Shown here one piece after another: positions 11,833 through 25,100 of a stretch of 64,000 nucleotides of DNA; the stretch's first letter is position 1, and each line of letters starts with the position of its first letter. Both the position numbers and the translations under genes were made by a program. A model generated the notes under the pieces. That model was given only the letters and a program-made list of their open reading frames with translations, was not told the origin of the DNA and did no database searches. The DNA comes from Setoptus koraiensis. Lineage: Eukaryota; Animalia; Arthropoda. The stretch covers positions 8,742,001 through 8,806,000 of the forward strand of contig CM106586.1 of the NCBI GenBank assembly GCA_048013815.1, written 5' to 3'.

Positions 11833-13755
11833 ATGAGCACATCGTCGATGTCTGAGATGTCCGATGTTGCCGGTATGACACTAACAAAAGCCAAACAAGT
11901 CACAGTTACCCATCCAGGGAATACAAAACCAAAGACAACCAGAAAGAAACATAGCGTCTCAGCTGGTTTAGATATCGAGAAAGAGATACAAAGGATTAAA
12001 GAATCGAAAAACACCAGATTAGATTTGACTAAATGTAGCATTTCTACATTGCCTTCATCCATTAAAGATTTGGTCAATTTACAAGAGCTTTATTTATACC
12101 AGAACAAATTGACCTCATTGCCAAACGAACTAGGTAGCCTGCACAATCTCAAACAATTGGCCATCAATGAGAACAGCTTGGTTACCCTGCCCGACTCATT
12201 GGAGAATTTAAGATGTCTCAAAATTTTAGACATTAGACATAATAAATTGAAACAAATACCCGAGGTTGTCTATAAGCTTACATCTTTGACAACTCTACAT
12301 CTCCGTTATAATAGAATAACAATGGTCGACTCTGGTATTGGAAATCTAACGGTAGGTACCTAGTATACCTCAATGCCTTTTTTTGAAGATGCTCCCTAAA
12401 CTTGGGATGACAACGATAGACAAACTTTCATCAACAAGTTACCATCAATCTAAACTGTTGCTCTTACCATCTTCCCATTTACTATCTACAAAATTTCCAC
12501 AATTAATTTGGTCGTGCAGAATCTCAATATTCTAAGCTTGAGAGAGAACAAAATTAAACATCTACCGTCCGAAATTGGTAATCTGAAAAATTTGCTTACA
12601 TTAGATATGGCCAAGAATCATATGGATCATTTACCTACTGAAATCGGATTATGCAGAAATTTGACAGCCTTGGATGTTCAGCACAATGAACTAGTTGAGA
12701 TTCCAGAAACTATAGGAGATCTCAAAAATCTAACTAGGCTGGGGCTCAGGTATGCAGAAATCTAACACTCTCCTCAAAACTAATTGTTTGAACATCAACC
12801 AGTTACCTTTGATCGAAGCTAATCTTGAACTTTTCAACGATCATCTCTTATCATTTTGTTCAGGTACAATCGGCTTGAGTTTATTCCAAGATCCCTAGGA
12901 AATTGCATTTATCTAACTGATCTGAATGTTGAAAACAACTCCTTATCTCAGTTACCAGAGGGCTTGCTATCTAGTCTCAACCAACTAGCCAATTTGGTTC
13001 TATCTAGGAATAAATTTACTAGCTATCCTATAGGCGGTCCGTCTCAATTCTGTAATGTTGAATTGGTGAACATGGAGCACAATCTTATAACAAAAATCCC
13101 CTTTGGCATATTTTCACGTGCCAAAAATCTCTCCAAACTTCATATGAAAGAGAATCAGCTCACATCGTTGCCCCTTGATATAGGAAATTGGAGCAATCTG
13201 ACTGAACTAAACTTGGCCACAAATCAATTGACTAAAGTTCCCGACGACATACAACATTTGGAGAAATTGGAACTGTTGGTTTTAAGCAACAATTGTCTCA
13301 AGCGCTTGCCAACAACCATCGGCTCATTACGTAATTTGAAATTTTTAGATATTGAGGAAAACAAAATTGAAGTTTTGCCCAACGAAATAAGTAATCTAAG
13401 GGAACTAACCCAGCTCATTATGAACAACAACAAGTTAACATCTCTGCCGAGGGCAATTGGACATTTAACAAAGCTAGTCCAATTGAGTGTTGGAGAGAAC
13501 AATCTCAGTTACATACCGGAAGAGATAGGAACTTTGGAGAATTTGGAGACGTTACATCTTAATGAGAATCCACATTTAGAGAATTTACCTTTCGAGCTTG
13601 CCTTATGTACACGATTACAATTGATGAGTATAGATGGTTGCCCATTATCGCATATACCTCCAGAGATAGTATCGGGAGGTCCATCAATGGTGATACACTA
13701 TTTAAAAACCAAAGGTCCTTACTATTGGATTGATGATCATCAATCAAATTGTTGA
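11833..13755 (+). CDS. SHOC2: leucine-rich repeat scaffold Sur-8/SHOC2; exons 11833-12351, 12520-12749, 12864-13755
   Basis: Tandem LRRs (LxxLxLxxNxLxxLP). N-terminal [19 protein letters not shown] resembles the arthropod Sur-8 VTVKHP..KP motif. [19 protein letters not shown] and C-terminal [34 protein letters not shown] match SHOC2. GT-AG introns 12352-12519 (phase 0) and 12750-12863 (phase 2) join the three ORFs in frame. Confidence 0.93.
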
Positions 13756-13787
13756 ATTATTTACTAGATTATAAAATAATTATGTGC

Positions 13788-14519
13788 TTAAACACTTGTT
13801 AAGTGTTCAATGACTTTTGACACTATTGAATCCTCAGATGAGCTAACCCAGGCTCTACCATTCATTCCAAGTGCTATTTCGTATTTATACATGTCACCAA
13901 GTTTCTCTAATAAATTACAATCTGGATTTAAAAGCATCCTAACTGTATCAATCGAGAGCGTTATCATCCTACCACCTTTGTCTCCAATAACGCCCATACC
14001 TTCCTTTTTGCCCGTACTGGATACACACACGAGCTCTGTGTCCATATGTTTACTAGCGGACAATACTTTGGCGTAGACTAAATCGCCAACATTAATATTT
14101 GGCTTGTTTCGCTTTGTTGAGCCTTCAAAGGCTAACAGAGACAATGATGCGAGATCTGAGGAGTTGATATCAACTCTGGCATTTGTGCTACTCTTAGAAT
14201 TTACAATACCGATAACATATTCTCCCCTCGATGCGACATATCTCCTTTGGTGTGAGTCAATCCAAAATAAGTTATTGTTTCTCATTTTCAATACGCCCGC
14301 CTTGCTGGCATAAATTTTATCTCCGTGCCTCCTGAGGCCGGGTCCAAATATAAACAGAGGTTTGTGGTTTTGTGCATCGTCCGTCCGTTGTTGTGGTTGT
14401 TGTTGTTCGTCCTTGTTGGGGTTGTTGTCCTGACAATTGTCTAGTATTGGTCCGAGATATTGCTGCAGATCGTCGCCTGGCAATACAATGACCGGCGCTG
14501 CCGACGGCTCGGCCTCCAT
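13788..14519 (-). CDS. EXOSC3: exosome complex component RRP40 (intronless, 243 aa)
   Basis: VIVLPGD N-terminus, FGPGLRR..KAGVL, WIDSHQRRYV..GEYVIGIV, VDI...A.LSLLAFEGSTKRNKPN..VGDLVYA, ELVCV..GK..GMG and EIALGMNGRAWV are the RRP40 S1/KH signatures. Confidence 0.95.
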   Translation of the reverse strand: MEAEPSAAPVIVLPGDDLQQYLGPILDNCQDNNPNKDEQQQPQQRTDDAQNHKPLFIFGPGLRRHGDKIYASKAGVLKMRNNNLFWIDSHQRRYVASRGEYVIGIVNSKSSTNARVDINSSDLASLSLLAFEGSTKRNKPNINVGDLVYAKVLSASKHMDTELVCVSSTGKKEGMGVIGDKGGRMITLSIDTVRMLLNPDCNLLEKLGDMYKYEIALGMNGRAWVSSSEDSIVSKVIEHLTSV

Positions 14520-16173
14520 CGTGTGTCGACTGTGTCACTTGGAGACAATGGTGATAATATTGACAATGCGGTACTATCAACGACAGTGATAAAGATGACA
14601 CTGTAAGCGGCGGATATAAAGTGTAAATAAATGCAACACAATAATAAAAATATAATATCGAGATAAGTTGGCGATTGCCGGAAAATGGAGGACAACGTGC
14701 CGCGTTTATTTTGGATATTATTTGTTTGTATATTTTCGACAAACTCACACATGTGTTGCTGCAAAAGTGGCCAAGAAGTTTGCCAACATCTAGTTGGAGT
14801 TTCGTCCGCAGGGCGGCGTTTGATGTTTCAGTGTGGCGCGTTTTTTGTCTATTGATGCACATGGCTCGAGTTAATTACCATTGTTATGTAATTACAATCA
14901 GCGACTGTCACTACAATATGGGGGCTTACTTTTCGTTAGACAGTGTTAGACACTGTCAAATTGTGTGCGAAAATTGTCATTTGCGATGACGTGATAATAC
15001 ATTAGATTATTATTATGAGTAAGAGCGCAAGATAATACCTCCGGACAAGCCTAGCCTAGCCGAGCCAAGCCAAGCTGGCCAACTAACCAGCCTAGCCAGC
15101 CTAGCCAGCCAGCCAGCCGGCCGGCCATCCAGAGGCGGCTGGCAAGTCAAGTGCGTGCGCTAAGCCTATTACGTAACGTGTTAACATGGGGGCCGAGCTG
15201 GGTTGTTGTTGTTGTTGTTGGGAAGTTGTTGGCGGAGCCACTTGCGCATTCGATTGGCGCAGTCTAACAACAGCAGCAACAACAGCGACAACGGCAGTCA
15301 TTGTTGGCAAAGGTCGGCCAAGTTGGCCCGAAGTTTGAGTTTTTCATCTTCTATATTGTGTGTCGTGGTTGGCTTGTCGTGTTTGTTTGTTGATGTTCAT
15401 CATCTCATTTATCAATTGAGTTTCTCGCTTTCTCATTTGTAATTTACGCCACAACAGCAACAGCAACAGCAACAACGGCGACAGCAGCAACAGCAACAAC
15501 GGCGACAGCAGCGACAACAACAGCACTTTTAGCTCCAAACAAGTTTCAAGCGAACTGACAAGAGATAGACACAGATACGTTTTGCACGTCGTTATATTTG
15601 TTTGGTCGTTATTATCGGTTGATTTGAGCCCATTAGTTTTGTTTTGCAATCGCGTTGCGTCTTGATATCGCACGCAGATAAACGGAGAGAGAGAGATAGC
15701 ATAACAGTAAATTAACTTGAGACCCGCAACCAACGCAAGCCGAAAAACTCATAGCGCACTCAATCAATAAACAGCAGCCAGCTCGACAAATCATCGTTAC
15801 TTGGCGTCGCATCTCATCGCATTATTACATCACATTATAGTGCATTACGTGACTTCGTTAATCAAACAAGCAACAACTGTCATTACGACGACGACAACAC
15901 GCCAGAGCGTGGTCTGGCCAAGCAGCGCCCTTGAGCAGCGCACAAAATTAACTACCTGATTGAACTTAATCACCAGCCATTGGAAACATTTAGTAATTTT
16001 TAATGATGAAAACTTATGTTGTTGCAACTGTCTACTACTACCTTTAAATTGCACCATATCGCACCACTACATTACAGTAGTGCAATACACCCACAATAGT
16101 GAATATTTGTTTGTGTTAATGTGGACATTGTGTTGAAATTCTATAAAACAACAACACAACACACACACACACA

Positions 16174-19100
16174 ATGTCAGAGCTTACAATATTTGAACAG
16201 ATCTCCAATTCATCTAGTCAACATCATCATCAAACTGGCCTCACTGTTGAGCCTCACCATCATCATCAGCAAGCGGTTCATCAGCAACAGCAGCAACTTC
16301 CGGCTGGCGCAAGTTCGCTCAATGCACAAAATCAATCAGACGATCGTCAGCAAAATCAATCGGCTGAACAGAAGACAAAACCATTGGACTCTTCTCTATT
16401 CTGGCGGGTAAGTCAACTCCACAACAACGCCATCGCAAGCCAATAAACAAACATACTGGACAGACAAATGAGCGTATCGAGCCGCTCCATTGACCCCATC
16501 CCAATTGAGACACTGCCGAAACTCAGATACTCAATTGCGACGGGGGCGCCCACCAATCAGCGGGCGCCCACAAATAACAACAACGACCATTCGCGACCGC
16601 CAACTTGATTTATATGAGCATGATTTATATGGGGCACTTGCGCTCTTTTGCGCTTTTTCGGTGCGCCATGTTTGGTCAGCAACAACGGCCGCGCATTGTT
16701 TTTGCTTTGGCCGGTGTTGCTGGTATTATATAATCGTCAGTCGCTGAAAAGTCGCCTCACTCATGCCACTGTCGACTGGATGCGAAATCAATTGTTTCGG
16801 CTGTAGCGAATGCATCATACATCACGGGCGAGTTAATAGTCAAGCGAAACGCAATGTGCTGTGTCTGTCGTCACCGAAACCCGCAGCCGGAAGCCGGCCA
16901 ATTTGAGACGTCTAAATTGCGTTGTTGCTGGCTCGACGCAACAACAACAACAACAAGCAAATCTGATTGTTGCCTCAAATGAATTTCCACTCTGCTTGCA
17001 CACACACAGGCTAGACACAAGAAACGGGCAAAACGGCGAATGATTTGTTCGTTTGTGTTTACACTGAAAGCAATTTAATCAAATGTTTCAGCCATATTGC
17101 CGCTCCTCAGCGGCGCCCCTCATTTGCCGCAACGTCTTGAGCTGCAGCCAGCATTTTTGGACTAGACAGCGAGCTTGAATCGTTGCTGCTTGCTGCAACT
17201 TTCTCGCTTTCTTTTGTTCGGGCAATTTATTTTAAATTAATCACATCGCGCCGCGCCAGCAACATTGATCATTGACTTATGCAAATCGAAATAACCTCCA
17301 ACTTCTGGGAGGCTCATGCGAATGCAATGACCATAATGAGAATAAAATAACCCCGGGATCGTGCGTCGACTCGCTGGCGAAAGCGCCAGCCAGTGGAAAT
17401 ATCTGCACAAGCGCTGGCCAAGGCCAGAAAATGCGCGCCCGAAAAAGGCCCAGAGAATGCGTGTCGGAAAAGGGCCCAGAAAAGTGACCACTTTGTAGAG
17501 GACGATTTCTGCGCTCACTTGTAAATCTTCCTCTCGCGAATCGCCGCCACTGCCATTGCGATTCGATCGGCCCACGAAGAGGGGATTTCGGATGCGATAT
17601 CCGATTTCGGACACTGGCGGACATTGTTCACATTCCGTTATTTTTGGCTCATCACGTGGCCAGCGGAAGCCACGTGCTAAATGAGTGATTGGGCAATAGG
17701 TCACCTATACTCATTTGATGCACTTTTCCCGGGAATAAAGCCCGCGCTGAAGCATGATCAATTCTGTTGTGATTTTCATTCTGGCCCAGTATGGCATCTA
17801 TGCAATCTCTGTGAATATATACATTCACATTTAGAGGATTCCAAACGAATGTGCGCCTATTTTTTCGTCGGCCGTGATTCAGCGCCAGCTCGCACGCGTC
17901 TGATGACGCGTGCGAGCTGGCGCACCAAATCAGCGCTTCATTTGTCCATTTACAATCGCATCCACTGAGCCCATGAGCGGGCCCCAAATCGATTCTAATT
18001 CGAATTTGAATTCTGCGACTCGCAGTCGCCCGCTTCCAGTGCCACCCTCAGAATTGAATGCGTTCGAGTCGGATATTCGAGTCGGATATTCGAGTCGGGT
18101 GTGAATTCATAGTTTGCAGTTGTTTGGCCGGTCAGCTAGACAACAATATTTAAGTGCACACACTTAAAATCGCCGTCAGTGTTGCCCAGACACTGTTGCC
18201 AATGTGCAAACAATGACATTTTCTCCGACTGCTTTCATTATTTTCCTAGCCAACGCATGCATACTTTTGTGCCAGCTCCCGATCCAGATCTTTGTGAGGC
18301 TCTCGCCTTTGGAGGGCCTTTGGAGATGGTTCGCGTGCGCGGATCAGAATTTTTTCATGAAACTCGTCGACAAAGCAAGTGCCAGAAGCCCAAAAAGTGA
18401 CTGCTGGAGCGGCATAACAAAAATATAGACGACGCAGTGATCATCGTGGGCCGGCTCGAATGAAAAAAAGGAATCTCTTCATTGAAGTCGATTGATTCCA
18501 GCGAATCAACGATGGATCAGCGATTGATTTTTGCCCTCTGCCCAATTGTCCGCCGCATTTGTGCGGTCATGAATGAAAAATTTCATTCCATTTGTTATTT
18601 TGGTTTTGGCCTCTTGCCACTTGCGATTCTTTTTGTGCCTGCTATTCTTTTATTTATACTCTCTCTCTCTCTCGCTCTCTAAATTTATCTCGAACGGCGG
18701 CTCTCTGGTTGGGCCCACAATTTATAAAGTATCAAGCGGCTTGGCTGTCTTGGCAAAGCCAGTGCCGACAGCACACCATACACAATATATAGATGGATAT
18801 ATTCTGAGCGACGGCTCGATCCATCGACCCGTCGACCACTGATCAACTGACCCACTGGCCTTATGGCGGCGCCAGCAACCAGCGATAGATCACGGCTCAC
18901 CAGCTCGTTCGCGATCGCCCAACGACATTGTCGGGCCAACAATAAATGGTCAACTGGTAATCATATCTAATATCTTATATGTCTTATGTCTCATATGTTC
19001 CCTTATGTGTCTCTCGCGCGCGTCTTACACAACTTTGGTTGGACCGGTTGTCGTTGTGGTCGGCGTTGTTGGTGCAGTCGGCCTTGTTGTTGGTCGCCTG

Positions 19101-22100
19101 CCATACAACTCGCTCTACAATATCTCATGTCTGCGCAAGCTGACAAAAGAGACGACAATCTCGCACTCCGGTAATCTCACTGGGGCCCCAAACGGGCTCC
19201 AGACTCCTGTGCGCGGGCCACCAAAAAGAGCTCTACTCTCTCTCTCTCTCTCTCTCTTTCTCTGGTCCGCTCGGTGCGTCCGTCGAGTCGACAGCAGCGG
19301 GTCGACAGTATCGGGTCGCCAGCAGCGGATCGCCAGCAGCGGGTCGACGGCGCCCAGTCGCCCGGGTCGCCGTGCGGCGCGCTTCCGTTTCTTGGCTTAG
19401 TGCCATCAATTGATGCAGAAACGACAGCGGCCGGGCCGGCTGGCACTGGAATCAATTCTTCGAAATCCCGCCAGTCACATATCTCACTGGCAGCAGTGGC
19501 CGGTTCTTTGTGTTGGGTGCCTGACGTTTTTCTTGGTATTGCCGCGCTCATTCTTCTTTGGATATCTCGATACTGTGCGCGCTTTAAACGTATATACGAA
19601 ATGTATCCACTGTGTCGGGTGCATGTGAAAGCAAAAAAGAGGGGATGCGGTTCACCTCAAATACCAAATTGCGCGCATTGTTATGATTATGTGATTATGA
19701 TTGCGGGGGCCCCTTTAGAGTTGTCGATGTCAAGATGGGACAATGCGTCCATGTGTTTGTTTATTTGTTTGTTTGTGACGGGCGCGTTTGTGTGTGTCTG
19801 GAATCCATAAGTAATCTAGCGGCCAATGAAGCGTGATTTCGGCTGACTTGTGATACGCTCTCTCATTCTCTCTCGAAATGTATCATCAGCGGCACGGCGC
19901 CACGGTCATGGGGCCCATTAGTTGAGGGGCGCCCACAACGTGCGCGTGTCTGTGCGCGTATCGAGACGAAATGGGAATCCGATTGATTTTTTACATGGCT
20001 CCGTGCCATTTTCTGACGGGCCCACCTTTTCTGCCACGGCCATACAGAGAGTCGCCACGGCGATACAGAGAGTCGCCACAGTATAGAGAGCATAGGGCAG
20101 TTGGCGACTCGCCAGTGTCTAGTCTGCCGGACGGCTGACTGGCATCGCGAAGCCGACAATATGCCCAAATTGCCGTTGCTGCAACAATATAATATTACAC
20201 AATTGCACTTGTTATTTTAACTGCCTGTCGGCGCTGCCCATTTGGCCGCAACGACGCACACACACACACGGCACAGGTACCCCCAAAGAGGCTACAATTT
20301 TGTGCGCCCGCTTTTCTAAAACTTTTTTCAAATCCGCACTATATCCGCCGCTATGCACGCCCTGCTCGCCGCTCCGTTCAGACTGCATAATCAAGTGCGC
20401 GCGAGGGAGTCTGGACGCATTGGGGAGCGAAGAAAAAAACACCAACTGAATATCGGGCTCCAAATTTGAGACCTTTATTTATATATGCTGCAAAGCAAAG
20501 TTTGCACTGCGCTTTGAGGGGCGCACTTTCGAGCGACAGCTATATGCTAATATAATAATAATGTAGTTTTAGTTCAGATTGAAATCGGCTAAATCTTGCC
20601 GGCTTCATCTGTTGAAACGAGCGGCGATGATAGCGCCCGCGACGACCACGCCGCCAGCCGGCGGCCAACGCGGGATTAGAGGCTAGTCAAGTGGCGCGCT
20701 GGCAGTTTTATTTAGTTTTTGCTCATTTTGTTTGTTCCAATTAATCAAGTGAGGCATGCAAATCAACTAGCTACAAAAATATATCCGCATGTCGTGCCGT
20801 ATGCTGATAACAGCAGCCGGCAAAATGGCCCGGGCGAATGGGCTTTTTGTTGAAAATTTTCATCGAGTCCGTTAAGGAGTTAATTGGAAATGGCGAGCTG
20901 GCGCGTTGTCGTTGTTGCGACTCGACGCGACTATGCACCGCAAACTGCCAAGCACTGTCTGGACCAGACAGTCTAGTCACCAGACTCTGGCGGAGGAGCG
21001 AAAATCATCATTATTATTATTATTATTATCGCCGTCATCACGGTTGCAACTTGGCCACTGTGGCCGGCGCTCGCTATAGTCGGCACAATCGCTGCAGTCG
21101 CTACGGTCGCCATGGTGGCCGCGGTCGCTATAGCCTCTATACTATAAAGTCTATAGCGACCGTGGAGTCCATGGTCGCCGCGGTCGCTACTGTCGGCGGT
21201 CGCTGCAGTCGGTTTGCGGAACGGGCACCAAATAGAAATTAGGCCATTATCATCATATTGTGTTTCATCGCTATGTGCTCGCTCAAATGCATATACTTAT
21301 ATGGTAACTGTTCGCTTATGCGTAAAGTCGTAGACGCCGCGGCAGCGGCAAAAACTGCATAACGATGCCATCAAGCCAGCAACCATACCGCGCGGGTCCG
21401 GCCGCGCTCGCATCGGGCCGCCTCAATTAGTGCGCTGATGGACGCGACCCGATGCAATTTGGCCGCTCGGTCGGCGCGCCCAACAACGCGCCATCGGCGC
21501 ACCTTATCCCGCCGTCATTATTCTATCTCCGCCGACTCTCTGGCCCGACTCTCCAACCCGCTCGCTCTAACCCGCTCGCTCTAACCCGCTTAGCCCGCGC
21601 TCTAATGAGACCAACTGGACCAACGAGCCAACGACTGGACGCGCCAAGCACGGGGTAACTCGATATATCCCTGTCGCGTCTCACTCGACGGCCACTGGCC
21701 GATAGTTTCACCAACGAGGGCGACCGACCGACTGAGGGCCCCCGTTTCTGCTAACTAACTCACTGACTCACCGACTCACCGACTCACCGACTCACCGACC
21801 AGCCGACCAAGGAAGCCACTGCAAACAACGGGCCACAGTAAACCAATTAACATCATCAGTTGACGAGGTGATAATATGACGCGACAAGACATGACGAGAA
21901 TGGGCCAAACGAAACTGTTGTCCTATTGCTGCTGCCGCTGTCACAAACAAATGTCGTTTTCGACACAATTCAATTTGTTCTTTTCGCTGCTAGTAATTTT
22001 GATATTTTTCCCAATTGACTCCTTTTTATGAGCTTTTTCTTTCTCAAGCCAATCATCGGAATTTGTTGTCGTTGTTTGCGAAACAACGACAACAATTCGA

Positions 22101-25100
22101 TTTGTTTGACGAACTCTGGATTACGTAAGCTGCAACGTGATGCAACGGCCCAAACGAAGATGCTGCCCACGATCCATGGGCTGCACCAGCATGTCGCCCG
22201 GCTGGCGCGCTTGCTGTTGTGCGCCCCTGGCGATCTTTTCTCGTTGTTGTTTCAAGCAACTTAACGTTGTCTCCATCTAACAAGCCACAGTTCTCGTAAG
22301 CTCCCGATCTCGCAGGGTCCAGGGGCACCACCTACTGGCGCTATCCGGACACAATCGGGCAGCAACGAATAGAAACACAAACAAATGTTTTGTTTTGCCC
22401 CTTTTCTTGTGAGCGTCGTCGTCCATCAAAACGTTTGTGCGAGTGGGTCAAAGCGAGAATAGTCAATGTCAGCACAAAAATAATTGGATCACATCTGATC
22501 CGCTCGCAACAACAATATTATCGCATTATCATTTGTCTTGGCTTGTTCCGGCGAATAATTTCATCACGCTGTTTCAACTACCATTTTCTGTCCGATGATT
22601 TGTCGATTGTGCCACGAAAAAACGTGCCAAAAATACGAGTGGCACCTTATTGCGTCATCATTTGGCTACTTGTTGTTGTTTTGATTTTCCTGGTACTATG
22701 CAGGTGCGGCATCAAATTTACAACAACTGCCGTAGTCTATTTATATATTTATATATACATGGTCGACGGGAACACAATGAGAGCAGTCGAGTCACACCGA
22801 GCCGGATCAAATCATATGGGATTTGCTTGCGTCACATCGTTTCGGATCAAACCAGATAGAGTCGGATCAGATTCGGCCAGATAGCTGCCGGCTGAGATAC
22901 TTGGCCTTTTTTTCCGTCGCTATACTTGGCTAGCTAGCCGACTTCAGTGAACTGGAATAACTGCGCCAAACAAATAAATAAACAGTGACACCGACATGTA
23001 ATATTGGCACGCAACTGTCACTCGGAGAGTGACAGTTAATTTCATTTGGTTCGAAATTTCAACTTGCAACACTGCAAAACACTGCTGCGCCACCAAAAAT
23101 AATAACTCCCTGCTATCGCTGTAAATCTCGCATGAATATCCAGCAGCAGTTCACTTTCTATCTCAACGATGTTGTTCGCACGTTCTCATTCGCCAGCCAG
23201 CCAGCGGCACAATCAAAATCAACCAAAAACCCACTGACTATCTTGAGACCCAACGACAGACAGCGCGCATCAACCATGAGAAGGCGTCGCGTTTCAGTCG
23301 CGAAATTTATAAGCCAAAAATAAACTCCCAGTGAGCTCGCTTGCCGTTTTTTTTTAGACGCCGCTCAATTTCGTCTCGCGTCACGTTGCCCGTCTGAGCA
23401 GGAGCTACCTTGCCCAGACAACCACCCAACAAATAACAATGTGTCAAAAAGGCGTGTCGTCAATGTTGCCGGTGCCTTTTTTCAGTAATAATTGAACCCG
23501 GAAACATTTGTTCGAGGCGGAAGTTTCTTTTTTTTTTCGCCCAGTCAGCAACTCAGAAAACACGTATCATAGTTAATGGTGATTAAAGAATTGTTTCGGA
23601 GCGCGCGTTTTTGTGCTACCAGGCGTGCTCGCCAAGAATATAATTTTCATCATCGGTGAATTTGGCTGCACCGGAAAAATGTTGACAGAAAAAAAAGTTA
23701 TCGACCCTTTATTGGGAGCCGTTAGAAATTGGAGACGCTCACTAGACAGATAGACAATATAGTTGAGTAGAAACCGGAAGTCGATTTTCGCATAATTCGG
23801 TTTTCGCCAGACGACCGGAAATTTTTCGGACAGTTTCGCTCGAAGAAAGTCACCGATCAATGGTCCTGTTTCGGGTGCATGAAATAAATAAATAAATAAG
23901 ATTTATCCTATCGCATTGATTAATGACATGATAAACTTATCAAATTTTTCACTCAATGTCAAACTCACTTCCGGAAACTCCAAACAGACTGAACAAATAA
24001 CTGTGGCCTGGATAATACTAATAACAATAGTGATAGGCAATTCGTCCATTTTATACAAGTTGAAATTTTCGAGGAGGCGCAAATCCAACATCAACTACTT
24101 CATAATACATTTGGCCTTTGCAGGTGAGTACCGTTGTGCGGGCGAGCGAGAGGCCGACCGACTGTGGATGCCGAAAGAAAAAGAACGCGCCGAAGAAGCG
24201 CGTTTTTCGGACGCGTTGTGATCGCTCGATTTCGTTCAGGCGAACGCTCGCCGAGCAAATGCTTGAAATTGGGGCCGCTTTTGTTGAGTTTTGGCGGTAC
24301 TCGTCGTACTGTCATCGTCTTGTCAGTGCGAGGCGAGAATCATGGACAAGCAACAACAAGCAATTTGGCAAGTCCCACTGGCGAGCTGTATGTCGAGTGG
24401 CACAAATTAGAGAGCTGGAGAGCAGTCATTCATCAACTGTAGATGGTTGCCATGATTGCTCCGGGCGATATTACGTCACACTACACCTACCACGGGGCAC
24501 ATGTATGTAACACGGCACATTGTAACACATTGTGTTACAATGTTGCGCAATACAATGTTGCTACTGGCTGTGTTGGGTGCAATCGTATGTAGCCTACATA
24601 ATGGCATGATTATCCGGAACAGAGCGCGCTTGTTTGGGGCCCCACTGAGTCGCACTGAACGTCGGTTGACTGACTGAACGTCTGAACTGCCAACACCGGC
24701 TAAATGTTTGTGTCCCGATGGTGGACGCGCGCGCGCGCATTTTATCGCGGATAAACTATAACTAAAAACGACAACGTGACGCCGTAATGATATCGAAATT
24801 CAATTTTGCGCGCAATTGTGTGTCGCTTGGTTACATAATTTATCAATGCTGCTATCCGGCGACATCTAGATTGTTTGATATGGTGTGTGTTTGAAGAAAA
24901 AAGAACAAGGTACATGTAAACGTACATGCCCTAGTGTACGTAATATGCAAATGATGCTATCATATATGAGGGTGTTGGGGCGCATCAGTCACAAGTGGAT
25001 GCTTTTGAGACGCGACGCGACGCAAATAGAGACACTCCATCATTGTGTCACCCAGTGGCCAATGTGACATCTCCGACTGAATATGTGCCGACAACACAAC

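Noticed and set aside
11833-11950. SHOC2 N-terminus lacks the Phe of the vertebrate PP1-binding RVxF-like motif
   Set aside because: The segment matches the arthropod-type VTV.HP..KP N-terminus as I recall it, so this appears to be a clade-wide feature rather than a novelty.
17237-18428. ORFs inside receptor intron 1 as a nested gene or transposase
   Set aside because: No recognisable motifs, TIRs, LTRs or TSDs. Overlapping ORFs on both strands suggest chance.
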